Shown: piece by piece, positions 26,187 to 36,500 of the stretch
Layout of the letters: the number at the start of each line of letters is the position of its first letter
Numbering within the stretch: position 1 is the stretch's first letter
NCBI GenBank assembly: GCA_964474445.1
Contig: CAYYSJ010000002.1
Span: 183,774-247,773 of the forward strand
Direction of reading: 5' to 3'
Length of the DNA: 64,000 nucleotides
Source: an uncultured Gammaproteobacteria bacterium
Lineage (GTDB): Bacteria; Patescibacteriota; Microgenomatia; Levybacterales; UBA12049
Program-made: the position numbers and the translations under genes
The notes under the pieces: generated by a model
The model's database searches: none
What the model saw: the letters and a program-made list of their open reading frames with translations, nothing else
What the model was told of the DNA's origin: nothing

Positions 26187-28907
26187 ATGACATTGAATAT
26201 GGCATTTTCCTTTTTATCCAAATTATTTGATTCAAACGAAAAAGAAATTAAAAAGTTAGAGCCTCTTATTGCCGAAATTAATGCATTTGAACCTCGTATG
26301 GCAAAGTTAAAAGACACCGACTTTGAAAAAAAAACAAAAGAATTAAAAGAACGAGTTGCAGATGGAGAAGCTCTCTCATTACTGTTACCAGAAGCGTTTG
26401 CTTTAGTACGTGAAGCTTCAAAGCGTGCAGTTGGTCTTCGACATCATGATGTTCAGTTGATGGCAGCAATTGCTCTCTCTGAAGGAAAAATTGCAGAACA
26501 AAAAACAGGAGAAGGAAAAACCCTTTCAGCAGTTCCTGCATTGTACCTTCACAGTCTTTTGGGAAAAGGAGTTCATTTGGTAACAGTCAATGATTACTTG
26601 GCACGTCGAGATGCAGGATGGAATGGGCCCATTTTTACCTTACTTGGTCTTCGTGTCTCTGCAATTATTAGTGATAAATCATTTATCTATGACGAGACAT
26701 ATACGAATAAGGATGCTCAAGATTTTCGACTTATTCATCTTCGTGAAATAAGTAGACAAGAAGCATACCAATGTGATGTTGTTTATGGAATCAATTCTGA
26801 ATTTGGGTTTGATTATTTGCGTGATAATATGGCGCAAGACATTAATCAGATCGTACAGAGGGGACATTACTTTGCTATTGTAGATGAAGTTGATTCTGTG
26901 TTGATTGATGAAGCACGAACCCCACATATTATTTCGGCTCCTGATGAAGTTCCAACACAAAAATATTATGAATATGCAAAAGTTGTTGAGAGATTATCGC
27001 CTGATACTGATTATAAGATTGATGAAAAACTCAGAACTGCACACCTAACAGACCATGGTATTGCAAAGATTGAAAAATTATATGGTATTGTGGACATTTA
27101 TGAAAAAGATTTTGATACAGTCTACCATTTAGAGGCGGCACTAAAGGCGAGGACACTTTTTCATAAAGAAAAAGATTATATTGTCAAAGAAAATGAAGTG
27201 ATTTTGGTTGATGAATTCACTGGACGTCTTATGGTGGGGAGAAGACTCTCAGAAGGATTACACCAAGCAATAGAAGCAAAAGAGAATGTTCCTATTCAAC
27301 GAGAATCAAAAACACTAGCGACTGTTTCTTTGCAAAATTACTTTAGAATGTATGAAAAGCTTGCTGGTATGACAGGCACTGCAGTAACAGAGGCAGAAGA
27401 ATTCCATAAAATATATAACTTAGATGTTGTTGTTATTCCAACGCATCGTGAAATAACTCGAAAAGATGTGTCCGATGCAGTGTACAAAACAACTCGTGCT
27501 AAATTAACAGCAGTTGTTGAACAAATTGTAGAGGCATATAAAAGAGGACAGCCGGTACTTGTCGGGACAACCTCCATTGAAAAAAATGAGATTCTTTCAG
27601 AATTGTTAAAAAGACGTGGTATTAAACATGAACTATTAAATGCGAAAAATCATGAGCGGGAGGCTGAAATTATTGCTCGTGCTGGAGAAAAAGGAGCAGT
27701 TACTGTTGCTACAAATATGGCAGGAAGAGGGGTTGATATTGTTTTGGGAGGAGATAGTCCAAAAAATGAAGATGGTTCTCCAAATTATGGGAGTAAAGAA
27801 TGGAAAGAATGGGAAAGGCATAACAAGGAAGTAAAGTCACTGGGTGGTTTATTTATTGTTGGTACCGAACGTCACGAATCTAGACGAATTGATAATCAGT
27901 TACGAGGTCGTGCAGGAAGACAGGGAGATCCAGGGACAACGCGATTTTTCGTTGCGCTTGATGATGATATCATGCGACTTTTTGGTGGAGACACCATAGC
28001 AGGGCTGATGACCCGATTTAATATGCCAGAGGATATTCCACTTGAACACCCATTGGTAAGCCGTGCGATAGAACAAGCGCAAGTAAAAGTTGAAGGATTT
28101 AATTTTGATACCCGTAAACATCTGGTTGAGTATGATGATGTACTCAATAAGCAGCGTGAAATTATTTATGCTTTGAGACGAAAAGTTTTGGAAAAAGGAA
28201 ATGAATTAAGAGGAGACATCCTTGAGAAAATTGATGGAAGTATTGAGACACTAACCACAATGGCAATTGCAGAAGAAAGCGTTGGAGGTATAAGTAGTAA
28301 TCAAAAAATTGTTGGTGAATTTACGACAATCATTCCTTTTGATGAAGCTTCTCAAAAGCAGCTAGTTATGCAACTGGAGCAATTACACGCAAGTTCTGAA
28401 AAAGCTAATTTCTTAAAAGGTCTTGCAAAAGATATTTACGAAGGACGTGAGAAACAGGTAGGGAATGATATTATGAGACAAATAGAACGATTTGTGATGC
28501 TATCAGTTGTTGATACTTTTTGGATGGATCATTTAGATGCTATTGAAAATCTGAGACAGGGTATTGGACTTCGAGGATATGGACAACGGGACCCATTAGT
28601 TGAGTACAAGAATGAAGCATTTCGCATGTTTGAACAACTTCTTGGAGCAATTGATGGGGAAATAGTTCATCGTGTCTATAAAATTCAAATCCAAGGGCAA
28701 CCGCATGTGCATGAGAATCAGAGTAATCCAGTAAGAGAATATACAAATACTCAAGAAGAACATATCATGGCAAACCAGGATAAAAAACAAAAAAATCTCG
28801 ATCCTTTACCCCTTAACCCTAATAAAAGGCTCGGCCGTAATGATCCTTGCTGGTGTGGAAGTGGAAAGAAGTATAAGAAATGTCACTTGAGTAGTGATCT
28901 AGCTTAA
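26187..28907 (+). CDS. secA: preprotein translocase ATPase SecA
   Basis: 906 aa with DEAD-like motor motifs (GEGKTL; VDEVDSVLIDEARTP), preprotein cross-linking and helical wing/scaffold domains. C-terminal Zn-binding CWCGSGKKYKKCH. The start may be the ATG at 26199 (MAFSF...). Confidence 0.9.
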   Translation: MTLNMAFSFLSKLFDSNEKEIKKLEPLIAEINAFEPRMAKLKDTDFEKKTKELKERVADGEALSLLLPEAFALVREASKRAVGLRHHDVQLMAAIALSEGKIAEQKTGEGKTLSAVPALYLHSLLGKGVHLVTVNDYLARRDAGWNGPIFTLLGLRVSAIISDKSFIYDETYTNKDAQDFRLIHLREISRQEAYQCDVVYGINSEFGFDYLRDNMAQDINQIVQRGHYFAIVDEVDSVLIDEARTPHIISAPDEVPTQKYYEYAKVVERLSPDTDYKIDEKLRTAHLTDHGIAKIEKLYGIVDIYEKDFDTVYHLEAALKARTLFHKEKDYIVKENEVILVDEFTGRLMVGRRLSEGLHQAIEAKENVPIQRESKTLATVSLQNYFRMYEKLAGMTGTAVTEAEEFHKIYNLDVVVIPTHREITRKDVSDAVYKTTRAKLTAVVEQIVEAYKRGQPVLVGTTSIEKNEILSELLKRRGIKHELLNAKNHEREAEIIARAGEKGAVTVATNMAGRGVDIVLGGDSPKNEDGSPNYGSKEWKEWERHNKEVKSLGGLFIVGTERHESRRIDNQLRGRAGRQGDPGTTRFFVALDDDIMRLFGGDTIAGLMTRFNMPEDIPLEHPLVSRAIEQAQVKVEGFNFDTRKHLVEYDDVLNKQREIIYALRRKVLEKGNELRGDILEKIDGSIETLTTMAIAEESVGGISSNQKIVGEFTTIIPFDEASQKQLVMQLEQLHASSEKANFLKGLAKDIYEGREKQVGNDIMRQIERFVMLSVVDTFWMDHLDAIENLRQGIGLRGYGQRDPLVEYKNEAFRMFEQLLGAIDGEIVHRVYKIQIQGQPHVHENQSNPVREYTNTQEEHIMANQDKKQKNLDPLPLNPNKRLGRNDPCWCGSGKKYKKCHLSSDLA

Positions 28908-29069
28908 TTTAACAATCTAAACTTGCATTTTAGGTACCACATAGAGAAATGCTTCCGGACTACAGAAGCAGAAGTACAAAAAAACCTCAAAATGAAGGAA
29001 AAAGTACTGAAACAGAAACAGCAAAAAGTAGCAAAACCCTCAGGAAATCAGTTCAACCCCATAGTTTTA

Positions 29070-29098
29070 TTGACTTTTCTTTCTTTTTCTGATATACT
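29070..29098 (+). promoter_or_regulatory. candidate sigma70 promoter for the DEAD-box helicase gene
   Basis: TTGACT, 17-nt spacer, TATACT, about 165 nt upstream of the ATG. Confidence 0.4.
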
Positions 29099-29260
29099 AC
29101 TAATTAGCAGATTGAAGAAATACATCTGCTTAATAGTAGACAATTTTGATTAGATAATTTAAAGATAATAAGTACTACAATTTTTTATACATCCGTATCT
29201 TTCTTCTAACTCCGAATACACTTCATTTTAAGCAGGTTTATTTCTTCAACGCAAAATTAT

Positions 29261-30451
29261 ATGTTTCAACAACGATTTAATCCACATAGAAGATTTCATA
29301 ATAAGGCTCAATCAAAGTCTATTTCTAGCCGTGAACTTTTAGATGCTATTGCGTCTGTAGAAGTAATAAAGAAAGGAAAGGCTTTAGGAGTGGAAGATGA
29401 AGTAGCAGTAATGCATGCTTCTTTTGAAGCATTTCATCTTTCTCCTCTTTTAATACGAAACATTGTAGGAAAAGGATATACTGTACCAACCCCAATTCAG
29501 GATAGAGCAATTCCAGCTATTTTAAAAGGACAGGATGTAATTGGTATTGCAAATACCGGTACAGGGAAAACAGCGGCATTTCTTATTCCTTTAGTAAATA
29601 GGGTTATTCATAATCCTTCAGAAAAGGTATTAGTTATTACTCCAACACGAGAGTTGGGAGTACAAATTCAGGAAGAACTAAAGGGTTTTTCTCAGGATCT
29701 TAATATACGTTCTCTTCTTTTAATAGGTGGTATGAGTATGCACAGACAAAAAGGAGAATTTAAGCAAAACCCTCAATTTGTTATCGGTACGCCGGGAAGA
29801 ATAAAGGATTTACTCAAGGAAAAAAGTTTTTCATTATCTTCTTTTTCTATGGTTGTATTAGATGAAGCAGATAGGATGGTCGATATTGGATTTATTGCTG
29901 ACATTAAGTATTTTATTTCCCTTTTGCCTCATGATCGTCAATCACTTTTTTTCTCAGCTACAATAGATGGAAAAGTAAAAGAGATTCTCAATAGTTTTGT
30001 TCATAATCCTGTCTTTATCTCAGTCAAACAACAAGATACAGCAGAAAATATAGAACAGGCTGTAATGGAAGTTCCTGTCGGACATAGAAAGATTGATACT
30101 CTCCATAAGCTTTTAGCACAAGAAGCATTTACAAAAGTCCTTATTTTTGGTCGCACTAAATGGGGTGTGCAAAAGCTTACAGCACAATTAGCAGAGCGTG
30201 GATTTAGAGCGGCTGCTATTCATGGGAACAAAAATCAAAACCAACGACAACGTGCTTTGCAGCAGTTTAAAAGAGGAGAAATTCAAGTACTGTTAGCAAC
30301 AGATGTCGCATCCCGAGGGTTAGATATTCAGGATGTGTCCCATGTCATTAATTATGACATGCCTGCAACAATGGAAGATTATATCCATAGAATTGGACGG
30401 ACTGGACGAGCAGATAAAAAAGGGAAAGCGGTAACATTTATTGAAAAATAA
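29261..30451 (+). CDS. DEAD-box ATP-dependent RNA helicase
   Basis: 396 aa with Q-motif PTPIQ, Walker A ANTGTGKT, DEAD box VLDEADRM, SAT, HRIGRTGR. Confidence 0.85.
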   Translation: MFQQRFNPHRRFHNKAQSKSISSRELLDAIASVEVIKKGKALGVEDEVAVMHASFEAFHLSPLLIRNIVGKGYTVPTPIQDRAIPAILKGQDVIGIANTGTGKTAAFLIPLVNRVIHNPSEKVLVITPTRELGVQIQEELKGFSQDLNIRSLLLIGGMSMHRQKGEFKQNPQFVIGTPGRIKDLLKEKSFSLSSFSMVVLDEADRMVDIGFIADIKYFISLLPHDRQSLFFSATIDGKVKEILNSFVHNPVFISVKQQDTAENIEQAVMEVPVGHRKIDTLHKLLAQEAFTKVLIFGRTKWGVQKLTAQLAERGFRAAAIHGNKNQNQRQRALQQFKRGEIQVLLATDVASRGLDIQDVSHVINYDMPATMEDYIHRIGRTGRADKKGKAVTFIEK

Positions 30452-30454
30452 AAG

Positions 30455-30922
30455 TTATTGAAAGGTATGTTCACCGTTAGCTTTTCTTTCTGCTGCTTCA
30501 ATGACTCGTTGTCCAACAACAATGTCGTGCTTTGTTTGTTCTGTTGCCTGAATTTTTAGCACTTCCTTAAAAGAAAACCATCTAAACGTATAATTGTTTT
30601 TAGGAAGAAATTCTTGAAAAGTTTCAGTGGTTGCATATAACAATGAGTGGCTATTTTTTGTTGTCTCATTGAGGTAAAAGTATATAGGATAAATGGTATC
30701 AATTTGAATACCTAAAAGCTTGAGTATACTATCCTTAAATATTACTTCTGGTTGTTCATGTTCTGTATATTCTTTTTCAAATAATACCCAAGGAGAAGTT
30801 GTAGGTTGGGGTCGTTGCAAGAGAATTTGTTGGGAAGGCAGATGGTATATAAATCCACTTGCATAAAATATTTTATGCATTATATAAAGTTTACCATAAA
30901 TTGAAAGACAATGCTGGTACAA
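30455..30922 (-). CDS. hypothetical protein, possibly degenerate Nudix-fold
   Basis: 155 aa. The segment EHEQPEVIFKDSILKLLGIQ aligns loosely to the Nudix box GxxxxxExxxxxxxREUxEExGU, but with the catalytic REx2EE replaced. Confidence 0.25.
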   Translation of the reverse strand: MYQHCLSIYGKLYIMHKIFYASGFIYHLPSQQILLQRPQPTTSPWVLFEKEYTEHEQPEVIFKDSILKLLGIQIDTIYPIYFYLNETTKNSHSLLYATTETFQEFLPKNNYTFRWFSFKEVLKIQATEQTKHDIVVGQRVIEAAERKANGEHTFQ

Positions 30923-31032
30923 AAACCCAAAAAGACGAGAGTTATCTAATTGTATGTGTAGCCCTTTGAGAGTGTACTCTTACATAACTCTTTCTTGATT
31001 TTATATACGCAAACTGTCATTGTAGACGCAAG

Positions 31033-31212
31033 ATGGTTGAAGATAAAACATGTCCTAAATGTAAAGGATCTATGAAAGAAGGAAGCTATACAGGAGTCAC
31101 TGTAGATTGGGAGAATAATAAAGAACCTGCTTTTTTAAAACAATCAGGGCGTAGAATAATTACGTATGCTTGTGAAATGTGTGGATATATGGAAAGTTAT
31201 GTTAAAAAATAA
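31033..31212 (+). CDS. small zinc-ribbon protein (59 aa), below the ORF-track length cutoff
   Basis: MVEDKTCPKCKGSMKEGSYTGVTVDWENNKEPAFLKQSGRRIITYACEMCGYMESYVKK. Two CxxC pairs (CPKC ... CEMC) with about 37-aa spacing. Divergent from the 30455..30922 gene. Confidence 0.4.
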   Translation: MVEDKTCPKCKGSMKEGSYTGVTVDWENNKEPAFLKQSGRRIITYACEMCGYMESYVKK

Positions 31213-31260
31213 GAAAGCTAATAGACTATAGATTTTCACTTTGACTAATCTCTTTTTATA

Positions 31261-31380
31261 CTGTCTCTTTTGTCTTATTTAGCCTTGAACTGAGACAGGT
31301 GTTATGACGACGAAAGGGTGCTAGATCGGTACCCCTAGCAAGCTTGTGCACCCTTCGTTGACCGTAGTCTCTATTTAGCT
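31261..31380. repeat. conserved non-coding hairpin element, copy A (upstream of TMTC-like gene)
   Basis: Shares ordered blocks ctgtctc / tttgtct / atttagc / tatgacga / cggtacccc with 37751..37830 at identical spacing (42 nt and 25 nt), about three-quarters identity ungapped by eye. Internal pairing CTGTCTC...GAGACAG and GACGACGAAAGGGTGC...GCACCCTTCGTTGACC. A terminal direct echo gtctctatttagct. Confidence 0.5.
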
Positions 31381-31687
31381 TAATTTTGCTTTCTAAACCC
31401 TCTATTTTTACAAAAAGTCTCGGACCGACTTGAAGCTAATTTTTATCCTCAATTTTTATTGAAATTTGCTCTGAATAACGAGGCTAGGGTTATGGGTTTT
31501 TATAGCCGTTAAACCTCTGATTCAAACCATGTGTGCTGATGGATTCTTTGCAGAATTAATTGGTACAAAGAATGAAAAAGTAATCAGGGAATATGTCCAT
31601 TAGTTTACCTATACGTCGTACAATTCAAGTAAGGCGGACTGAAAAATTCTTATTGAAAATCACCAACATTGAAGCTACCATTGGTAT

Positions 31688-33421
31688 ATGCAAGAACACG
31701 ATTTTTCTTTCAAAAACCCCTTTGTCCCCCTCACCAAAAATAAAGCTATTAGAATAATTGTTTCTATTGGATTAATTATCTTTTTCAATAGTCTTTTTAA
31801 TGGGTTTGTTTGGGATGACGGATCTTATATAATTTTTAATCCCGATTTTCAATCGTTCAATTTACTTCATCTGCTTAGCAAAAATATCTTTAATAGTTCT
31901 GGACAGTACAGACCAATCCCTGCGATTTACTTTGGAACACTTTTTATACTTTTTCATCAGAATCCCTTTTTTTATCATATCATGCAACTCTCAATTCATA
32001 TTGCGAATTCAGTATTAGTTTTTTTACTTTGTAAACATTTTTTCCCAAAAAAACTGTCTCTCTTTTTAAGCACGTTATTTCTTATCCACCCAATTCAAAT
32101 TGAGTCGGTATCATTTATTGCTTCATCAGACAATACGCTTTTTGTCTTCTTCGGTTTGCTTGCCAGTTTATTAAGTCTTACCAGATATATTACCCTCAAG
32201 AGATTTACTATAATTTCATTATTACTATTTGCATCGCTTCTCACAAAAGAGACTGGGATTCTTTTTTTCTTTCCAATTCTCTTCTATCGTTTTGTGGTTA
32301 AAAAAGACGTTAGGAAGTTTTTATTTTCAGGGTTGTGCATTCTTCTGTTATATGGAATGTTACGGTTCTACATAGGAAATGTACAATCTCCAACAATAAC
32401 ATATATCCCAATTGCAACAGTACCCTTTCTTACTCGTCTTATAAATATTCCGGTAATTCTTTTTTATTACATTAAAACTTTATTTTTCCCCTTATGGTTA
32501 TCAATTGATCAGCAGTGGGTTATTCGATCAATATCCTTTTCATCTTTTTACTTTCCACTTTTTATCGATTTCTTATTTTTTTCAACCCTTTGTATCTTTG
32601 GAATGATTCTTCATAAAAAGGGAAAGCAGTATTTTACAACATTCTTATTTTTCTTTATCTGGTTTATTATTGGCATTGGGGCTCATTTGCAAATCATACC
32701 CTTGGATATGACAGTTGCTGATAGATGGTTTTATTTTCCTTTTATTGGATTTATTGGAATCTTGGGGGTTGGGATAGAATACGTTAGTAAACAAAACGTA
32801 CAAGTTAAAAAATCAATCATTGCTATTGGAGTAAGTATTCTTCTCATTTTATCGTTAAGAACGATCATAAGAAATGCTAACTGGTTTGATAATAGGACGT
32901 TGTACTCACATGATACGCTAATTAACGACAATCATGAGCTCGAATTAAATTTGGCAAACGTGTATGTAAATGAACAAAATTATCCAGAAGCGCTAACGCA
33001 CGTTAAAAAATCAATTGAAATATTTCCAACAGAATTTAACTATAGCAATTTGGGCGGAATCTACGAAAAAATGGGTGATACAAAGAATGCAGAATCATCA
33101 TATCGAAAAGCTTTAACATTCAATAAGTATCCACCAGCAGGACATCGGCTAATCTTGTCATGGATTGATACAGGATTAGCATGGACATTACTTCTTAAAA
33201 AGGACTATAAAGATGCAAACAGGTTTATACAAGAAGCTTTACGAGATTTTCCGACATCAGGATTACTGTGGAGTGATCTTGCAATTAGTGAATATGAGTT
33301 AGGGAATAAAATGGAAGCGGTGTCATTCGTTAGAAAAGCAGTAAAATTTTCAAATGATCCTCAAATTGTTCTTATTTACAATAAGATCCTAACAGATCAA
33401 CCTTTTCAATTAAATCCTTGA
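31688..33421 (+). CDS. TMTC-like GT-C protein O-mannosyltransferase homolog (DUF1736/PMT-like membrane domain) with C-terminal TPR repeats
   Basis: 577 aa, about 11 TM helices. GFVWDDGSY (the DD motif of the TMTC/PMT GT-C catalytic loop) near the N-terminus. C-terminal ~150 aa contains TPR-like repeats (ANVYVNEQNYPEALTHVKKSIEIFP...GGIYEKMGDTKNAESSYRKAL). Confidence 0.65.
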   Translation: MQEHDFSFKNPFVPLTKNKAIRIIVSIGLIIFFNSLFNGFVWDDGSYIIFNPDFQSFNLLHLLSKNIFNSSGQYRPIPAIYFGTLFILFHQNPFFYHIMQLSIHIANSVLVFLLCKHFFPKKLSLFLSTLFLIHPIQIESVSFIASSDNTLFVFFGLLASLLSLTRYITLKRFTIISLLLFASLLTKETGILFFFPILFYRFVVKKDVRKFLFSGLCILLLYGMLRFYIGNVQSPTITYIPIATVPFLTRLINIPVILFYYIKTLFFPLWLSIDQQWVIRSISFSSFYFPLFIDFLFFSTLCIFGMILHKKGKQYFTTFLFFFIWFIIGIGAHLQIIPLDMTVADRWFYFPFIGFIGILGVGIEYVSKQNVQVKKSIIAIGVSILLILSLRTIIRNANWFDNRTLYSHDTLINDNHELELNLANVYVNEQNYPEALTHVKKSIEIFPTEFNYSNLGGIYEKMGDTKNAESSYRKALTFNKYPPAGHRLILSWIDTGLAWTLLLKKDYKDANRFIQEALRDFPTSGLLWSDLAISEYELGNKMEAVSFVRKAVKFSNDPQIVLIYNKILTDQPFQLNP

Positions 33422-33502
33422 ATTGTTAGAATTTGCTATATTGACATTAAATAAAACGTTACACTATAACTATAAACAATACCTGTTTAAATAAGAACTA
33501 TA

Positions 33503-36500
33503 ATGAAAGCAAAAATTGCTGGTATAGTTTTCTTCTTACTGATTATATTTTCAGGTTTAATTGCTCCAAAAATTGTCCTAGCTACAACATTTAATCTTTC
33601 AGGAAAAATTTCAGATTCTTCAGGAAATGGGATACCAAATGCAATAATCGCTGTCATTGATACGACAACCAATAATAGTGTTGCTAATACAACAAGTGAT
33701 GCATCAGGAAATTACACAGTAAGCGTTAATGGTGGTACGTATAATATTCAAGTAAACCCACCAGCAAACAGTAATTTTATATCCGCTATTGCGCCAAGTC
33801 GTTCAATTTCATCAGATACGATTGTTAATTTTATTCTTACACCCTCAGGAGTAGTTACTCTTAGCGGTCATATCTTAGGTCCTTTAGGAAATCCATTACC
33901 AAATCAAGTAGTGGGTATGGGTTTTAGTGGACATCCCATTTCTACAACAACAGATGCAAACGGCTATTATGCACTACAAACCACACCAGGTACACAATTT
34001 CTTGACTTTTATTCTCAATCTGCAAATGATCTATCCTTAAGTGTTCCTCAAAATTATCTTATTGAATCTACGAGTGCATCATATTCTATTACTCAGAATA
34101 CTGTTTTAGACGTAACCATCCCTGCTAAAAAAATAACGGTTCATGTGCAGGATGCGTCTAATAACCCAGTTAGCAATATAACCATAGGCGCTAGCCAAAT
34201 TAATACTAATAGTACAAACTTAACCATTCCAGGTGTATCTACTGCAATGCAAGGTGGTTCCTCATATAACTCTTCTAGTGGCCCAAAAACAGACACTTCG
34301 GGCAATGCAACACTATGGTTAATACCTGGAAACTATAATCTTTTTGCAACCCCTCCCAGCGGCAGTAATTTCTCTTTAACACAAGTGCCCAACATGTCCA
34401 TTACTGGGGATACCCAACAAACAATAACTCTAATACAATCAGTTACTCTCAGTGGACACATACATGACCCATTAGGCAATCCATTACCAGATCAAACTAT
34501 ACAGGTGGGTTTTAGTGGGAATACAATCACTAAGACTACCGATGCGAATGGATTTTATTCAATTCAAACTACGCCCGGAACTCAATTCCTTGAGTTTTTT
34601 GCAACTAATCCGTTGTCATTAAATGCACCTCAGCACTATCTCCTTGATAGCGGAGGACCAGTTTATTCCATAACCCAGAATACTGTTCTAGATGTTACCA
34701 TCCCTGCTAAAAAAGTAACAGTACATGTGCAAGATTTTGCAAACAACCCTGTTAGCAATGTGATAATAAATGCCAATCAACTTGGTAATACAAATATAAA
34801 CCTACCGGGTGTTCCGAACGTCATGATAGGTTCTTCTTCTTATGGGAGTTATGGAACTGGTCCAGCAACTGACTCATCAGGGAACGTTACTTTATGGTTG
34901 ATAGCTGGAAACTATACTTTTACTGCAAAGCCTTCTAGTGGAAGTAATTTTTCGCAAACTCAACTTACTAACATATCCATTACTGGGGATACCCAACAAA
35001 CAATAACTTTGATACAGCCAGTTACCCTTAGCGGACATATTTATGGTCCACTAGGAAACCCGTTGCCAAATCAAACTGTTGGAATGGGGTTTAGTGGACA
35101 TCCAATTACTGCAACTACCGATGTGAATGGATATTACTCGCTACAAACAACACCTGGAAACAATTTCCTTAATTTTTATCCAGTAACCACAAATAGTTTT
35201 TCATTAAACGCACCCCAGTACTATCTTATCCAAACACAAGCTGCATCATATTCTATTACTCAGAATACTGTTTTAGACGTAACCATCCCTGCTAAAAAAA
35301 TAACGGTTCATGTGCAAGATGCATCAAATAATCCTGTTAGCAATGTAGTTATAGGTACTAGTGAAAATGGTAACACAGGTGTAAATCTTCCTGGTCTCCC
35401 TTCTGGATTATTAACAGCTTCTTCCTCTTACGGAAATCGTGGACTTGGTCCCGCAACAGATGCTTCTGGAAATGTTACTTTATGGTTAATACCTGGAAAC
35501 TATAATCTTTTTGCAACCCCTCCCAGCGGGAGTATCTATGCACAGTTTATATTATATAATATATCAATAACCAATGATCAAACAGAAATAATTTCTCTTC
35601 AGTTTGTCCATGCTGCACCAGTTACAACAGCTATTTTAACAACCCGTTTATCTGATGAAACATACTCAGATCCAACAACTGTAAGTTTGTCAGCTGTTGC
35701 TTCATCTGGATTTACAGTGACCAATACCTATTACACAGTAGATGGAGGAGCAAAACAAATATATACCACACCATTTACAGTATCAGGAAGTGGTTCTCAT
35801 ATGATTACCTATTGGTCTATTGATAGCTTAGGTGTTTCTGAGACTCCAAACACGAAATCTTTTTCAATTGATGACCCACCAAAAATTTCCTCAATTCCCG
35901 GTGCAACAATAAATGAAGGAAGCACATATACAGCGACAGGATCATTCACTGATACAGATTCATCGTCCTGGACAGGAACAGTTGACTACGGAGATGGTCA
36001 AGGGACACAACCATTAACAATAAATCCTGATAAAACATTTACTCTTTCTCATCAATATCTTGACAATAAACCTAATAATGCTCCATATACGGTAACAGTC
36101 AATATTACCGATAACCAGGGAGCAGGAAGTACTGTGACAACGTCAGTTGTTGTTCTTAACGTAACGCCGTCTGTTGGCTCCATCACTGTCCAATCAAATC
36201 CTGTTATCCAAGGAAGTCCCTTCTCTGTTAATTCCGTAATATTTTCTGATCCGGGAGTACTGGATACCCATACAGCGATATGGAATTGGGGAGATGGAAC
36301 AACAAGTCCAGGAACTGTTGTTGAAACAAATGGTTCAGGATATGTTTCAGCAACAGATCATGTATACTCTGCTGTTGGCACATACCAAATAACACTAACT
36401 GTTACTGATAACGACGGAGCACCAGGTACATCAGTATTTCAATACGCAGTTGTCTATCAACCATCAAGAAGTGGTCTTTTCTCAGGACATAGTATATTTG

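Noticed and set aside
26081-26317. 78-aa minus-strand ORF overlapping the secA start region
   Set aside because: Antisense to the secA 5' end and promoter, so it is spurious.
28923-29153. 76-aa plus-strand ORF between secA and the DEAD-box helicase gene
   Set aside because: It overlaps the best promoter candidate (TTGACT-17-TATACT) for the helicase gene, has no SD and a low-complexity product, so it is treated as non-coding leader.
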